A stretch of 64,000 nt of DNA from Strigamia acuminata. Taxonomy: Eukaryota. Location of the stretch: positions 6,572,001-6,636,000 of the forward strand of contig OX442314.1 of NCBI GenBank assembly GCA_949358305.1, given 5' to 3'. Shown here one piece after another: positions 10,759-22,433 of this stretch (positions within the stretch are counted from its first letter, which is position 1; each line of letters opens with the position of its first letter). A program made the translations under genes and the position numbers. The notes under the pieces were generated by a model, which was not told where the DNA came from, searched no databases, and was given only the letters and a program-made list of their open reading frames with translations.

Positions 10759-11814
10759 TAAGTTTTATTTAAAACTTAGAGACAGTAATTATTTTACATG
10801 TCTAACAGGTGTAGTGATTGAAAATCTCAACACCGGGGGACACTTTGATAGGAAGAGTATCGAAATTTATATTAAAATATGAATTTGTTGCGATTAGTTA
10901 AAAATATTCGATAGAGTATTTTATTATTTGGTCATATTTATATACGTATTTTAACTAAAATACGGAGAAATTACTTTGAAAAGTGATAATCTCGCCTCTT
11001 CACGAGGATACGAGATTTACGAGGTGTGATTAAACCTCGAACCCGACAATTAATAGGGAATAAAATTCCCAAGGTTCTTTGCACAAAAAACACTTCGTTA
11101 AACACACGGATACTAGTGACTTCGTCCCTTCAACCGTCTTCGCTTTTCGACTCGAGAATTCGACGCTAATTCATTTAGCCAACTTCAAGCACGAAAACTA
11201 GCTTCAACAGTAAGTAGTTTTCGAACTTATTCTTTGACCAAAGAATTACAAAAAATTGTTCGCAACAATTGAAAAATATCGGTGTCCCGATAAAAGTTAA
11301 AAGTTCACGTGTTGTTATAAGCGTGAATCGGCATTAAATCACTCTGGAAGTTTAGCTATTCAGTCGAATAGTTGGGTTAAATATTAATAATGAATTATTA
11401 AGATTTAAGTACGTAGGCACTAATTATTTAAATCAAGTCGCGGTCGAGGCTTGGATAAATTATTTGGCGATGAATTTTTCGATGTGAGATATTTATTAGA
11501 CTAAGTGTTAATTAATTAATACGAAAGATATTTTGATACTCGAAAATTGGATTAAATAGTTTATAGAAACGAAAAGAATTTTTCTTTTGAAAAATCAACA
11601 AGTTGCGATTTTCGATGAAAATCTCTGTCGACGAGTCCATTCTCGTGTCATAAACACAAGGGGAATGTGACTCATTAGTGTCACGTGTTAAGGGTTATAA
11701 ATAACTCGAGTTGTGTATTTTCGTTGCGAACAATACGTTTTAATTCTTTGGACTCAAGGAATGACTATTTAGAGTGGAATTATTTTTAATAAAATAATTT
11801 ATTTGCGTCTGCAG

Positions 11815-13332
11815 ATGGGAGGTAGTAAACACCGTTCAAAACGGAGTCATCGACGTCACCGTCATGAAAGTTCCAGCTCGTCCACCTCGTCTAGTGACGA
11901 GCAACGCCGTTCAGCGGAACGTGCTTACATGAGGGCCCAACCGATACCGACGGCGCCCGCCTCGATGTACGCCCTGACGCCGCTGCAACTCGCAACGCTA
12001 AATTGGCTGAGCGTCCATCCGGACGGACTTCCGCTCGATTTGAATTCGATGATGCAGGCCCCGTCCACATCTGCGCAGCCAACCGTTTATGAGTCGGCGC
12101 AGTTGGCCCCGTTGGCTCAGGTGGCATTTCCGCCCGCGAACGTTATCAACGTCCCGTTGGCCCCGCATTCACCAGAATTTCGGCCGCCAACTGCAAGCGT
12201 GGCGCCTACCGTCGCCAACACGTCGAATGCGACTGCACCGACTGTAGCGGGACAATCAACGTCTGATGTACGTCTCCCTGCTGGTGCTGAATCTTCGGCA
12301 TCAGAATACGGATGGAATGAGCCGCCGCCGGGCGCTTTACGTTTTTCGGAGCCTGTTTCTCGCAACCGCGAGTACCGAGCGGCTAATAAGGCAAGAAAGA
12401 AGGACGAGAAGGCCCGCTTGCGCAAAGAACAGTGCGAGCGTGACATGGCCGCAGGAATTCCGCACGATAACATCGTAACGGACCAGGCAACAGAGACAAT
12501 CTGCCCGTTCTGCGTCGGCTGCGGGTGGTGCTGCGGTGCATCCGCAGGGTCTTCTTTGATGCGTTGTCCAAACTGTCGTGGAAGGAAAACGCGACCGCGT
12601 TTGGAGCCGTGGAGGAAGGAGGTTCAGCCCCACGTAGTGAAAGGCATTAAGCCTAACGAGAAGCGATGTTGGGCTCACTGCCCAAAGTGCCGACTTTTCC
12701 TAAATAGTCGTGGCGAAGCGGTTTACATCGATCCACGTTTCCTCACCTGGACCCGCGCTGAAGCCAACGCCGGTGTAAGAGTCGAACTCCTTCGACAATC
12801 GCCACCGCCGTCCGAGGACTCTGAAGTTTCTACTGAAACTGTCCAGGCCACTGAAAGCGTCGGAAGCGAGGTGCAGGAAGAATTCGTTCGACCGAGAACG
12901 ATGTCGCGTGGTCGAGGCTGCCTCACGCTCGACCGAGCCAAGGAAATTGCCAAGGTTCAGCGAACCAACATCTTGGCACGAGGGCGAGCCCGTAAGCTTC
13001 GACAGGCTGTAGAAGCATCGTCTAAACCCGTGGAGAATCCTCCAGCGGCCGTAACCGACGTGTCCAGCGCCCCTCCAGCGTCTAAGTCCGAGACTTCGGA
13101 CGACGCTCAGTTTGAAGACGCCGAAGAGCTGCTTTCCGTCGTTGATTTCGTGGCTGAGTTGCTCGAGGATCTACCGTTCCCACCTCCGAGCCCAGAGGAA
13201 ATCGAAGCGCCGGAAGAAGCTGTGTTTTCCGCCGTCTCGACAGAGGCGACTGAAGAGTCTGATTTTCTGACTTCTGCTGAAGTCGAGAAGAAGGAAGAGA
13301 AAGATTCGACTGATGTCGAAAAGAAGGAATGA
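11815..13332 (+). CDS. E1 ORF3: 505-aa Cys-rich protein of unknown function (not env)
   Basis: GC-rich ORF within AT-rich flanks; ATG directly follows an acceptor-like ctgcag. Cys clusters CPFCVGCGWCC, CPNC and CWAHCPKC; basic N-terminus and acidic C-terminus; no signal peptide or transmembrane segment visible. Confidence 0.85.
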   Translation: MGGSKHRSKRSHRRHRHESSSSSTSSSDEQRRSAERAYMRAQPIPTAPASMYALTPLQLATLNWLSVHPDGLPLDLNSMMQAPSTSAQPTVYESAQLAPLAQVAFPPANVINVPLAPHSPEFRPPTASVAPTVANTSNATAPTVAGQSTSDVRLPAGAESSASEYGWNEPPPGALRFSEPVSRNREYRAANKARKKDEKARLRKEQCERDMAAGIPHDNIVTDQATETICPFCVGCGWCCGASAGSSLMRCPNCRGRKTRPRLEPWRKEVQPHVVKGIKPNEKRCWAHCPKCRLFLNSRGEAVYIDPRFLTWTRAEANAGVRVELLRQSPPPSEDSEVSTETVQATESVGSEVQEEFVRPRTMSRGRGCLTLDRAKEIAKVQRTNILARGRARKLRQAVEASSKPVENPPAAVTDVSSAPPASKSETSDDAQFEDAEELLSVVDFVAELLEDLPFPPPSPEEIEAPEEAVFSAVSTEATEESDFLTSAEVEKKEEKDSTDVEKKE

Positions 13333-14074
13333 AAAAGGACAAAATTAACATTCGTTATTTTTCCAAGTGGAGATTTTTATGACTAAAAATGTTCCAAGTG
13401 TTTGTTGTTTTTTTTTGCAATCACGAAATATTCTCATGAGTGTTGTGTTTGTTTGGTCTCAAGATCTTGAACTAATTATTTAAATATTCATAAGAATATA
13501 GTTGATTTAAAATTGGATTCAATTTAATTTGTTTTGTTTTCGAATTCAATTTGGATGTTTATTTAAACTAATCATATTAATATATGTTTGTTTGATTTAT
13601 TTTGCAAATTTCATAATTATTTGTGGAAACCTTGTGTTTATTTTGCTTTGATCGAAGCGTTAAAGAATTTCAAGTTGAAATTCGTTAATTTTTTTATGAC
13701 ATTCGTAATAAAGAATTAGTAGTTTAGATTTTCCGATAAATAAAATTTTGCATAAATTTATTTTATTTAATCATCTGGATAATTAATAAGCTGTGAAGAA
13801 GTTTATTTGATGGAGAAAATAAAATTTCTATCGAAATTAGTTTTCTCGAACATGTATCCATGTTCGGACGAGTTCATTTCCGTCGCTTAGCAACCGGGAG
13901 TTGCGTTGTACAGGGAAGCCGATTAGTCTAATCGGGTAACGAAGTTTCTGAAAGAAATAACGTGATTAAGTTTAATAAAAAATACTTACCCAGTGGATTC
14001 ATTCGATAGAATTAGGTGAACATTTCTTATACATTAAGAATGACAATTGAAGAGTTAGTAAACTCTATGCTTGT

Positions 14075-14086
14075 CACCGGGGGATG
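14075..14086 (+). promoter_or_regulatory. E1 polypurine tract
   Basis: caccgggggatg immediately before the 3' LTR. Confidence 0.8.
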
Positions 14087-15833
14087 TGTGATGATTACAA
14101 ATCCGTATTTATCAATGTTCACAATAGATGGCGCTGTTTACAACACGCGCGTAATTCAAACTCGATAAAACTAAAAAGTGTGATAAATAATTATTTAGAC
14201 ACGGTGAATAAAATAAGACTATTTTATTCGATATAAACTAAGTATTATTTACTTGACAATGTTGATTCTATCGAATCAATATCTACATTACTTACCTGTC
14301 GAAGGGAACCAATCGGACCCTTTCGGACCCCAACTGGGCCCATCTGGACATAGTCATATATTAGGTCCGGACTAGTGACCCACGAATCCGTTGATTCGTA
14401 CGCTGATTGGCTGTCGCCAATCTAGTAGTTCTACAGAACTATATAAGCATCAGTTTCTCACCCACTCATCCCCCTGGCTTGATAACTGAACACGTATATT
14501 GTCTGTAGTTGAATTGTTATCGTTTGATTTCATTATTCTCTATCGACACATCAGGCCACCTCAGCTCTCCACAGTTAGTATTCATTACTATTTTGTTATT
14601 GCTGTTGTAAAGCTATTTCGGGAAGGCTAACTCCGGTAATAGACATGCATTCGCATGAAATGGCCCCGTAACGTTAGCCAGCTGTTCTACGGGACAGTAG
14701 GATTTCGTACGATGGCCTAATATAACGGTCGTATACAGTACGACCTTGCTAAATGAAAGTAGGTCCCTCAGCTAACTGGCCTCAGTCCGCTGCAGGATGG
14801 TTGTTGTAAACAGCCCACGCAGGTTCCCGTCTTTCTACGATTGGTCCTTCCGCTCGTTAAAAGTCGGTAAAGGCCTAATGCACAGGTAACACGCCGGGTT
14901 GGTAGCCCGTGAGTAATATCTTCAAGATGTTGCGATAAATAACTACCTGGATAATGGTAATCCAACGGCAGTGGCCAAATAATATTTTACCCGGTGCTCG
15001 ATCAATGGATCCCGTCATCGTAAGGCATGCTGGCGGATGGAGGAGTCAAATCCTCCCGCGATGGTTCTCTCGACCGTCGTGACGGTCCCCGCCCCATCGT
15101 ACCCTCCGGGTTAGTAACCCGTGAATGATATATAAAATATATCATGTTAAACAAATTACTCGGGCATTGGTAATCCTGTATTGGCAATATCTTTTTATAC
15201 CGGTAAGTCCATAGAAATGTTTACCTGGTGGTTGGTACCACCGATAGCGAGTTAAAGCACACAATTAAATACTCGGCGCCTGATCACGAGATCTTGTCGT
15301 CGTAAGGCATGCTGGCGGATGGAGTCTCAACAACTCCCGCGACGTTCTCTCAATTGTCGTGACGGTCCCCGCCCAATTAATATTTATACAACAATTCATT
15401 TGTTGTATTCCACTAATTACTTTACTTTTATTCATTTGGAACATGGAATATTCTGCTGAATATTCCTATTTATGCGAAGGACTCTTCGCATTATTAGATA
15501 CTCGAGCTGCGGACCAAATACATCTCCGTAGCGATATTTGTGACGATGCCGCAAGTCAGCCGTATCCCTCTGGCTTCGCCCGGATCCTCAACCAGTTGAT
15601 GCCGCCCGTTTACACGCGTCAAGAACCCATCCTTTGTTGTTAATATTTAGTAATAAATATGTTATGTCACACTAAAACTGTAAGTTATTTCTATTCGATC
15701 ACGTATTCATGTTTGTAAAGGCTTCCGTAGCTTATCTCGGTTAGGTTGTTGCTAAACTTAGCAACGTCTTGTATAAACCGAATTATCTATCTCAAAAGGA
15801 CTAATAAATTAGCCCAAAAGTAGAATCGTCACA
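14087..15833 (+). repeat. E1 3' LTR
   Basis: Direct repeat of 1476-3222. Confidence 0.97.
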
Positions 15834-17124
15834 AGTGTATGATCCAATAGTCTACCCCAAACCCGTGTGTGTTTGGTCACGTTAATTTTTCAAAAACCAA
15901 ACAACAAAATTGTCAAAATTGTATCGTCAAAAATAATTTTAATAAAAACAAACAAATGGAAATTAAAGTAAAACAAGGTAATTTTTTGTTTTTTAGATTG
16001 ATCATTTAACTCCAATGAATCAAATATTAATTAATTTGTGCTTCTTGATACAAGTGACACAAGCCAGGATTCTATACCGTCTCCTTTGCCAGTTATGATC
16101 GCCTGAATCCGATCTGTTACATGTGTGTGTGGAGCAACCTCACACCTACCCAGGATAGCGTGTGAAACATAATAAAGTACCTTATCTCACCCAAAAAAGC
16201 TTGTAGAAGACGAAAATAATGTTTAAAGTGCAATCCAGAATCTCAAAAATCACTTTAAAAATGCGTGTGTCAAAATAGTGTAGTTTGTCGATTGTTTCGA
16301 CCAATCAGAGCATTCGGTTGTCAAAACTGGCTTAAATTGCAACTACGAAAAACAAAAAACTTGCAAATTTAATAGTCCAATCCAAGAATAAAAATTATAA
16401 ACTGCAGTATTATTTTAAAAAAAGAAGGCATAATTTAATTTCTATTTACACCAACAAGGCAATCACGAGATCACGATATTTTATTTGGTCAGTTCAATTT
16501 TTTCTCCCCAACAATTTTACTTGATATGTAATTTATGGTGTTAGAAGTTTTGGTGAAGAATTTGACTGAGGGACGAAAATTGCGGTAGAATGAACATATT
16601 AATGTTCATGATTTATTTTTTTATTTTTCCTTCTAATAGGTGCAGTGTACATTCTAATTTAGTCATAACAACAATTTTTGCTCAATAATATGAAATAAAT
16701 TACTCCGTACACATCAATAGGTAAAAGTACAAACTTGAACATTTAATAAACTAAGTCCAACTTCCGCTCATCAGCATGGAGCAAAACCACAGTTGGTTAA
16801 GAGGCGCACTAATACGCCACAAGTTACCCAATTAAATATAAAATTGAGAATAGAAATAGTTTTAGTTTTTTGTGCATTCAAACATGTGTTTTTAATTCAT
16901 TTATAAATACGATGTTCGTAGGGCACACAAAAAATAGACCTGGAGACAGACTCTGACTTTGACAATAATGATTTTTGCTGGTGCATGTTTAACTAACAAT
17001 TCGTGATGATTAAATATACATTTATTTTTTAATCAGTGACAAGAAATTTTAAATATTCGTATACAGTATGTGCTTATGGTAGCTAATATTAGTAATATTT
17101 TGTTTACACTCATCAGAGTATAAA

Positions 17125-17500
17125 TCAGGAAGCCATATTTCGATTCTGATACCAATTATAAGTTTTTAAAATCCAATCGTAGAAAGAGAGTAGCGACATT
17201 CCCAAACCTAGTCCTACAATGCTACCGAAATCGCTTACGAATTGAGATATCGGATATGCTTGTTTCTCTTCTACAATCTCTACAAAGCTATCAGCAAATT
17301 GGAATGTTAGTGCGGTTATATTATATTCTGGCAATTTACTTTCCCGAAAAGTACTTTTGTAATAAATATGGTTGCAAAGTTGTTTACATGTGCATTGTTT
17401 TTTATTTGAGTCAAAGTTGCTTAAATACGTGAAATGAGCGGTAGTTACGGCACTTGTAGTGTTACAAACTGGCAAATTAGGTTTTCCCATGTATGGTAAT
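17125..17500 (-). pseudogene. Last coding exon of the host DEG/ENaC (pickpocket-like) gene: C-terminal half of channel domain 2
   Basis: Follows acceptor tttgtttcag. Reads (R)LPYMGKPNLPVC...CTCKQLC...YPISQFVSDFGSIVGLGLGMSLLSFYDWI, with TM2 and the GxS filter, then stop. Confidence 0.88.
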
Positions 17501-17561
17501 CTGAAACAAAGAGGAGATTGGTCAAAGATGCAAATGGTTGCAGTTTATCTGCTGAAAAGGG

Positions 17562-18740
17562 TGTTGCGTTCCTGACGGTTCCAATTGAATTTTCACAACA
17601 ACACTAAATTTATATTTAGTCACTATGGGATTTTTCCAATTGCAAGAGATCCCGGCGTTCACCTGTGGAAGCAGTTGAATGCCGTTTATAGGTCTTCTAT
17701 CGGGTGGGTTAGCCGTTAAGTCGGTGTCTAGGGATTTGATCTCGAATAAAGGCTAGTTTAGTTATTTTAAGTCAAACAGTTAATCAATTTATTGAGCGTT
17801 AATTACAGGTTCAATTGAAGTGAATGTTAATAAAATGGGTTCTATGAGGATGAGATCGTCGGCGTGGAAGGCGACGTGCTCGAAGCAGCGCGGGACTCCT
17901 TCGGGCGGGAAAAAGCAGTGCAGAAATGGCGACACGTCGCCGCGCAAATTCTGCGAAGTGAGAAAGGAAGCGTGAAGCCGAAAGACTTCACAAAGAGTGT
18001 CGGCTGTTAAGCCTGACAAGACGAGAAATCTTAAGTTAAACCCTAGATTGCAACGGGAGATTTCCGTTGGAGACAAGTAGTCAAACGGCGGGTACCGCCG
18101 ATCGTTAAAACCTGACTGGAGATCCGCTACAATCTGAATTGGAATCGTCGTCAACAGGTCGAGGAGCGGCGACGATGGCTCTGCAATCCTCGGCGGCTGG
18201 CTGGCGTCGATCTTCAACGGCGTGGGCGCGTTGGTCTTCGGGCGGCGGCGGGAACGACGGTGGTTTGGGCCGTCGTGCGTCGTCTTCGCGGCTCGGAAAG
18301 TGATTCGTTTGAACGTTGGTTCAAACAAATCGGGTTGAAACTTGGCAAACTCACGGGTCACGGACAAAACAGTGTTTTTGGTTAGTGAACAAAGCTGTGT
18401 CGGTGTGAACGGTATGAGTGTGATGCAAAGAGTGAGTAATAATTTGAATTATTACTCGGAATATGGCCGGAAAACGGCCAGTGCGCAGGCGTGGCGTGTG
18501 CCAAGGCACGCATCAGCCCTAGCAACGGTGCAAAATTTGGGGATTGACTTAGCAACGCCCCAATCCAGGGCTCAAAATGCCAGGGCAGCCGTTACAGCTT
18601 CTGGGCCAATTGCCCAAAAGCGCAACAGGTGCATGGCAAAAAACACAATTCTAATGATTACGGTTAAAATATAAATGATATGTTAAAAACGTGGCAGAAA
18701 AACCTCTCTACAAATGAAGTGAACATTTGAGATCGCAACA
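17562..18740 (-). repeat. E2 3' LTR
   Basis: Direct repeat of 29554-30732 (2 substitutions seen); preceded on the minus strand by the PPT aattggggggaag (18741-18753). Confidence 0.97.
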
Positions 18741-18994
18741 CTTCCCCCCAATTAACTTTTACAATTTTTTGTTTGTTTTTTAGTTAATTACAACAAGACC
18801 AGGTAATTTTCTTTTTTCAAATTTGACATAGATATTTTTTAATATTCGTTATATAATAATAGATACATGCATTAAAGAAAACATTGGTGATTAAATAATT
18901 ACATGAAAGGGATATTCATAAAAATAAACGTTTCTCGAAAAGACTTATTTTCGGAAACAACCATATTTGTTTCTGTTCTCTGGCCGCAATCGGC

Positions 18995-21676
18995 CTACTC
19001 GGGTGTTTTAGGTGAAGGTAGGTCTATTGACATCATGTCCGTCTCGTCGGATAACGGATTTCCACTCTCGTTAACATTGATGAACGGTTGTCCCGTATTC
19101 GGCCCAGATGACAGGCCGGGGTTGACATGTATCCACACACTTCGGATGAGTCGGGATAAGGCGTCATCTCCAAACGCCATCTCGAAAAATTCTTGTGGGT
19201 CGGACGGGCGTCGGCGAGCTCGGATCAGCCGTTGATGCAACATCCACGGCCTCTTCTTTCGTATCTGCCGCTCAAGCCAGTTGAAAACGTGGTGGCAAAG
19301 CTCCACGTTGTGTTTGAGTAAAATCCTCGTATGCGGATGCATCTCGAGTCTTGGGTAAGTTTTTCGCAGCTTAATGTAGATTGGGCTGCTTTCCTGCTTC
19401 TTGGTTTCGGCAGCTCCGGCCGCCGATTGGATTGATTTCGGTGGATCGTCCTCTTTGGGCGATGGAGTGGGCGCTCGAATAGGCGAATGAACGCTCCTGG
19501 GTGGTGTCGGCGGGTTGGGCGCCGCGGCTGACTCGTCTGGACGTTTTACGTAACAAGATCGGCCCCCGGGCCGGAGGATCAAAGCTCCGCGTGGTTTCGG
19601 TCGAGTTTTGGGTCGCGCCCCCAAATCGGTGTTTTCGACGTGCGTAAAAAACGTGGTTGAACTTGAGGTCGTAGTTCGACCTCGACTCGGTCCAGGTCTT
19701 GGATCATCGAAATTTTCTACATCCATGGCGACGTGACTGTTGGACGGTTCAGTCGTGGTTTGGGCAACAGCTTGGCTCTCGATTGCGGCTGCAGTTGGCG
19801 TGTAAGTGGCTTCTGGCATCTTTCTTTTAGGCGTCTGATCCCTCGGCGGCATTCCTGCCGGTCGAATTGTTTTCAGTTCTTGCTGAAAAGTGATTTTGCG
19901 CATGTCCCACTCGCGTCGGAGACGAATGGCCGATGCGGCCGGGTTTTCTCCAATGACGGCAACTTGGCGCATCAATTCGCTGCACATGGTGGGCGGGTCC
20001 AATTGGATGGACCGCCAACAATCTAGAAACTCTGGTTTAACGGCCATGGCGGCCGTTCTTAGGCACGTGGTGGCAGCGAAGCCTGGTCTCGGACTGTCAA
20101 ATACCCCAAGAAACAAAATTCTCCGATAACTCGGCACAAGCTGTCGCTGTAACTCGTTCAAACGTGGGTCGTCGGGTCCCGTCGGTTCCATTCGGTTTAG
20201 CAAGCTGGCGACACGACGACTACCTTTCAGACTTTCGGTGACTTGGGCTATTTGGTATAAGTCCATGTCAGACAACTCAATCTCCTGAGTCTCTAACGGC
20301 GCTTCACAGAACCCCTGCCACATGGCGTCATAATGCTGATCGAATCCCTTTTTCAGAACTTGGGATACCATTCCGAATTTTCTCGTGGGCAATCGAGGCT
20401 CTGGAAGACTCGGGTCTGGGTTTATCGAATCCGTGTACTCTCTACACTCTACAGGAATCGGCCCATCGGTTGGCCGGTGACTCGCCTGGTCATTCGATTT
20501 TTGTGTGTTTGGAAGGCTCTTCCATTCACAGGCCGTGTTGTCGGCCATTGCGGGGGGTGAAATTCTATAGCTTCGGTCTACGATGTGGACTTCCGCGGAA
20601 CTTCCTCCCTCCAAGGCGGACACTGACGTTGGTGTATTTAACATCAAAGTCTCATTAGATCCTATCGTTGGTTCTTCTGCATCAGGCGATTGGAAACAGG
20701 CATCCCAATCGGCTTGCTGTTGCTCCAACGCTGCTTTCTTGCGAAGGGTGACTTGCATGGAATGCTCTTCGACTTCGCGATCCCATCGGCCAGGTAATTC
20801 GTCGTCCTTGGGCGGTGGTGGCATCAGGGCCAAGCGTTCGCGCTCTAACTTTTCACGGTTTTGTCGGCCTGCACGATGCTTGAGTCGGCCGTTGGCACGA
20901 AGCAAATCTGGTCTGGTTCCTGGGCGAGCGACGTATGGATCCACTCCTCCAGGGTATCGGCAAGCCGCGTCCCATCGTGAGACTCTGGCTTCCGAAACAT
21001 TATCAACGGCTCTTAAAGCCGTATTGTGGTGATTGCCACAGGTCATCTTGGCACGTGGTTCGTTTGATGCAACTGAACTCGACCGCTCTCGCTTATCATT
21101 GCGTTCTTGGTCGTGATATGCGTCTCTTTGACGTTCCCAGTCACGGAATCGGGCACGAGCGTAGCCGAAATGTCCGGCCATTCCCAGAATGTGCATCTCG
21201 TATTGTGAACTGGCGAGATCTGCCAAATCGTAATGTTTACGTCGATCGGCCCACCAGGCCTGCTCTTCTTGTAGCTTTCGCATAACTTCATCCTTCCGGG
21301 CCTTGAGTTTCTCCCAGATGGCATCCAAATAATCGTTCCTTTTGGCGTGTGGGATTCGGAAAAACCCGTAGAAGTCCGTGTCTTCCTCCTCCGTGGGAAA
21401 GAGCCAGCCAAAAAGCAATCTGGATCTCAACGGTGATGGTGGATCGATCCTTAGGTTCCAGGAAACGGGGTCGGCTACCATTAGCCGTCCACAAATTCGG
21501 CATCTACAGCCCCAATGTGTGGCGATGGCATTTGAGAACTCTTGTCTCACATCCTCCCACGTCTGACCAAGTTGTCGTAAACGTCGGACTTCGGCGGATA
21601 ATTCGCCTCTAAAAATTCCTGTTACCATGGGTACGTAATCTGGTAACGCGTACGGCTGATTGATTGCCATTAATAT
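18995..21676 (-). CDS. E2 ORF3 main exon (891-aa ORF; about 932 aa if spliced to 22104-22220), unknown function
   Basis: Long ORF starting right after the acceptor tttctgtag|ATA TTA ATG; shares N- and C-terminal motifs with E3 ORF3. Confidence 0.88.
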   Translation of the reverse strand: MLMAINQPYALPDYVPMVTGIFRGELSAEVRRLRQLGQTWEDVRQEFSNAIATHWGCRCRICGRLMVADPVSWNLRIDPPSPLRSRLLFGWLFPTEEEDTDFYGFFRIPHAKRNDYLDAIWEKLKARKDEVMRKLQEEQAWWADRRKHYDLADLASSQYEMHILGMAGHFGYARARFRDWERQRDAYHDQERNDKRERSSSVASNEPRAKMTCGNHHNTALRAVDNVSEARVSRWDAACRYPGGVDPYVARPGTRPDLLRANGRLKHRAGRQNREKLERERLALMPPPPKDDELPGRWDREVEEHSMQVTLRKKAALEQQQADWDACFQSPDAEEPTIGSNETLMLNTPTSVSALEGGSSAEVHIVDRSYRISPPAMADNTACEWKSLPNTQKSNDQASHRPTDGPIPVECREYTDSINPDPSLPEPRLPTRKFGMVSQVLKKGFDQHYDAMWQGFCEAPLETQEIELSDMDLYQIAQVTESLKGSRRVASLLNRMEPTGPDDPRLNELQRQLVPSYRRILFLGVFDSPRPGFAATTCLRTAAMAVKPEFLDCWRSIQLDPPTMCSELMRQVAVIGENPAASAIRLRREWDMRKITFQQELKTIRPAGMPPRDQTPKRKMPEATYTPTAAAIESQAVAQTTTEPSNSHVAMDVENFDDPRPGPSRGRTTTSSSTTFFTHVENTDLGARPKTRPKPRGALILRPGGRSCYVKRPDESAAAPNPPTPPRSVHSPIRAPTPSPKEDDPPKSIQSAAGAAETKKQESSPIYIKLRKTYPRLEMHPHTRILLKHNVELCHHVFNWLERQIRKKRPWMLHQRLIRARRRPSDPQEFFEMAFGDDALSRLIRSVWIHVNPGLSSGPNTGQPFINVNESGNPLSDETDMMSIDLPSPKTPE

Positions 21677-21950
21677 CTACAGAAACGTTTGAAAGTTTTA
21701 ATTATTAACTGGTAAATAATATTTTGTCTAAATATTTTTTAGCAAAAGGTAATTGAGCGCTGTCGTCATGGCAACTCCCTCACAACGCTTACTAGCCGTC
21801 GGGCGAAGTCACATGATCATAAAAAATGGCGCCATTTGGAATTTGTTAAGTGATTTTTTGAACTGACAAAGTTTATCTTGAATTTTTTCGGCCCTTTTAG
21901 CCAACTTTTGTGATAGAAGAGTGGAACGTAACTACGTGAAATTCAACGAG

Positions 21951-22220
21951 TTATTCGTTTAACATACTTTCAATACGATCTGACTCAGCTTTTATGAACT
22001 TTCGGTATTTTTCGAGCGTCCGTCGGGCTTGGTTATAAATTCGTTTGTCAGCCGATTTCAACATTTCAACGGCTTTTTTAAGTTTTTCAATGGCGATATT
22101 CACCTGATTTTGCAGATCGAAATCTTCGTCTAACATTTCGTCGGGCGGATTCATCACGAGATTTCTTTCGGGCTCCGAGTCCGAATCAATGTTGGGCGGT
22201 CCTTCGCCACCTTCGGCCAT
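21951..22220 (-). CDS. E2 small ORF (89 aa from MAEGG); its first 39 codons are the predicted first coding exon of ORF3
   Basis: Acceptor ttcacag 4 nt before the ATG. Internal CAG|GTGAAT donor at 22104/22103 is in phase 0 with the ORF3 acceptor at 21677. Confidence 0.65.
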   Translation of the reverse strand: MAEGGEGPPNIDSDSEPERNLVMNPPDEMLDEDFDLQNQVNIAIEKLKKAVEMLKSADKRIYNQARRTLEKYRKFIKAESDRIESMLNE

Positions 22221-22433
22221 GATTCTGTGAATGGGCCGTTTGTTTTTCATGACAAATCTAATCATTTCAAACTAACTGTTTCACTTACGAAGTTGAATCT
22301 ATTCTTTTCCTTCGTTAATCGGCGGATCGTCCCAATCAGTGTGTTGTCGGAATGGTTTCACTTTGGAAAGTAACAAATTTTTGCAAAGTCCCCCAACTTG
22401 ATGCTGATTGGTCGCCGTATGAACTACGTCATT

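Larger units (their letters stand above)
1476..15833 (+). mobile_element. Ty3/Gypsy LTR retrotransposon E1 (14.36 kb; gag, pol, extra ORF3)
   Basis: Two 1747-bp LTRs at a constant offset of 12611 with TGTGATGATT...AATCGTCACA ends. TSD AGTG at 1472-1475 and 15834-15837. PBS and PPT present; pol order PR-RT-RH-IN. Confidence 0.98.

Noticed and set aside
11815..13332. ORF3 of E1 (and of E2/E3) as env
   Set aside because: No N-terminal signal peptide and no hydrophobic fusion or transmembrane segment; the proteins are hydrophilic.
16060..16120. Possible Tc1 C-terminal remnant (minus strand RIQAIITGKG)
   Set aside because: Too short to support without a search.
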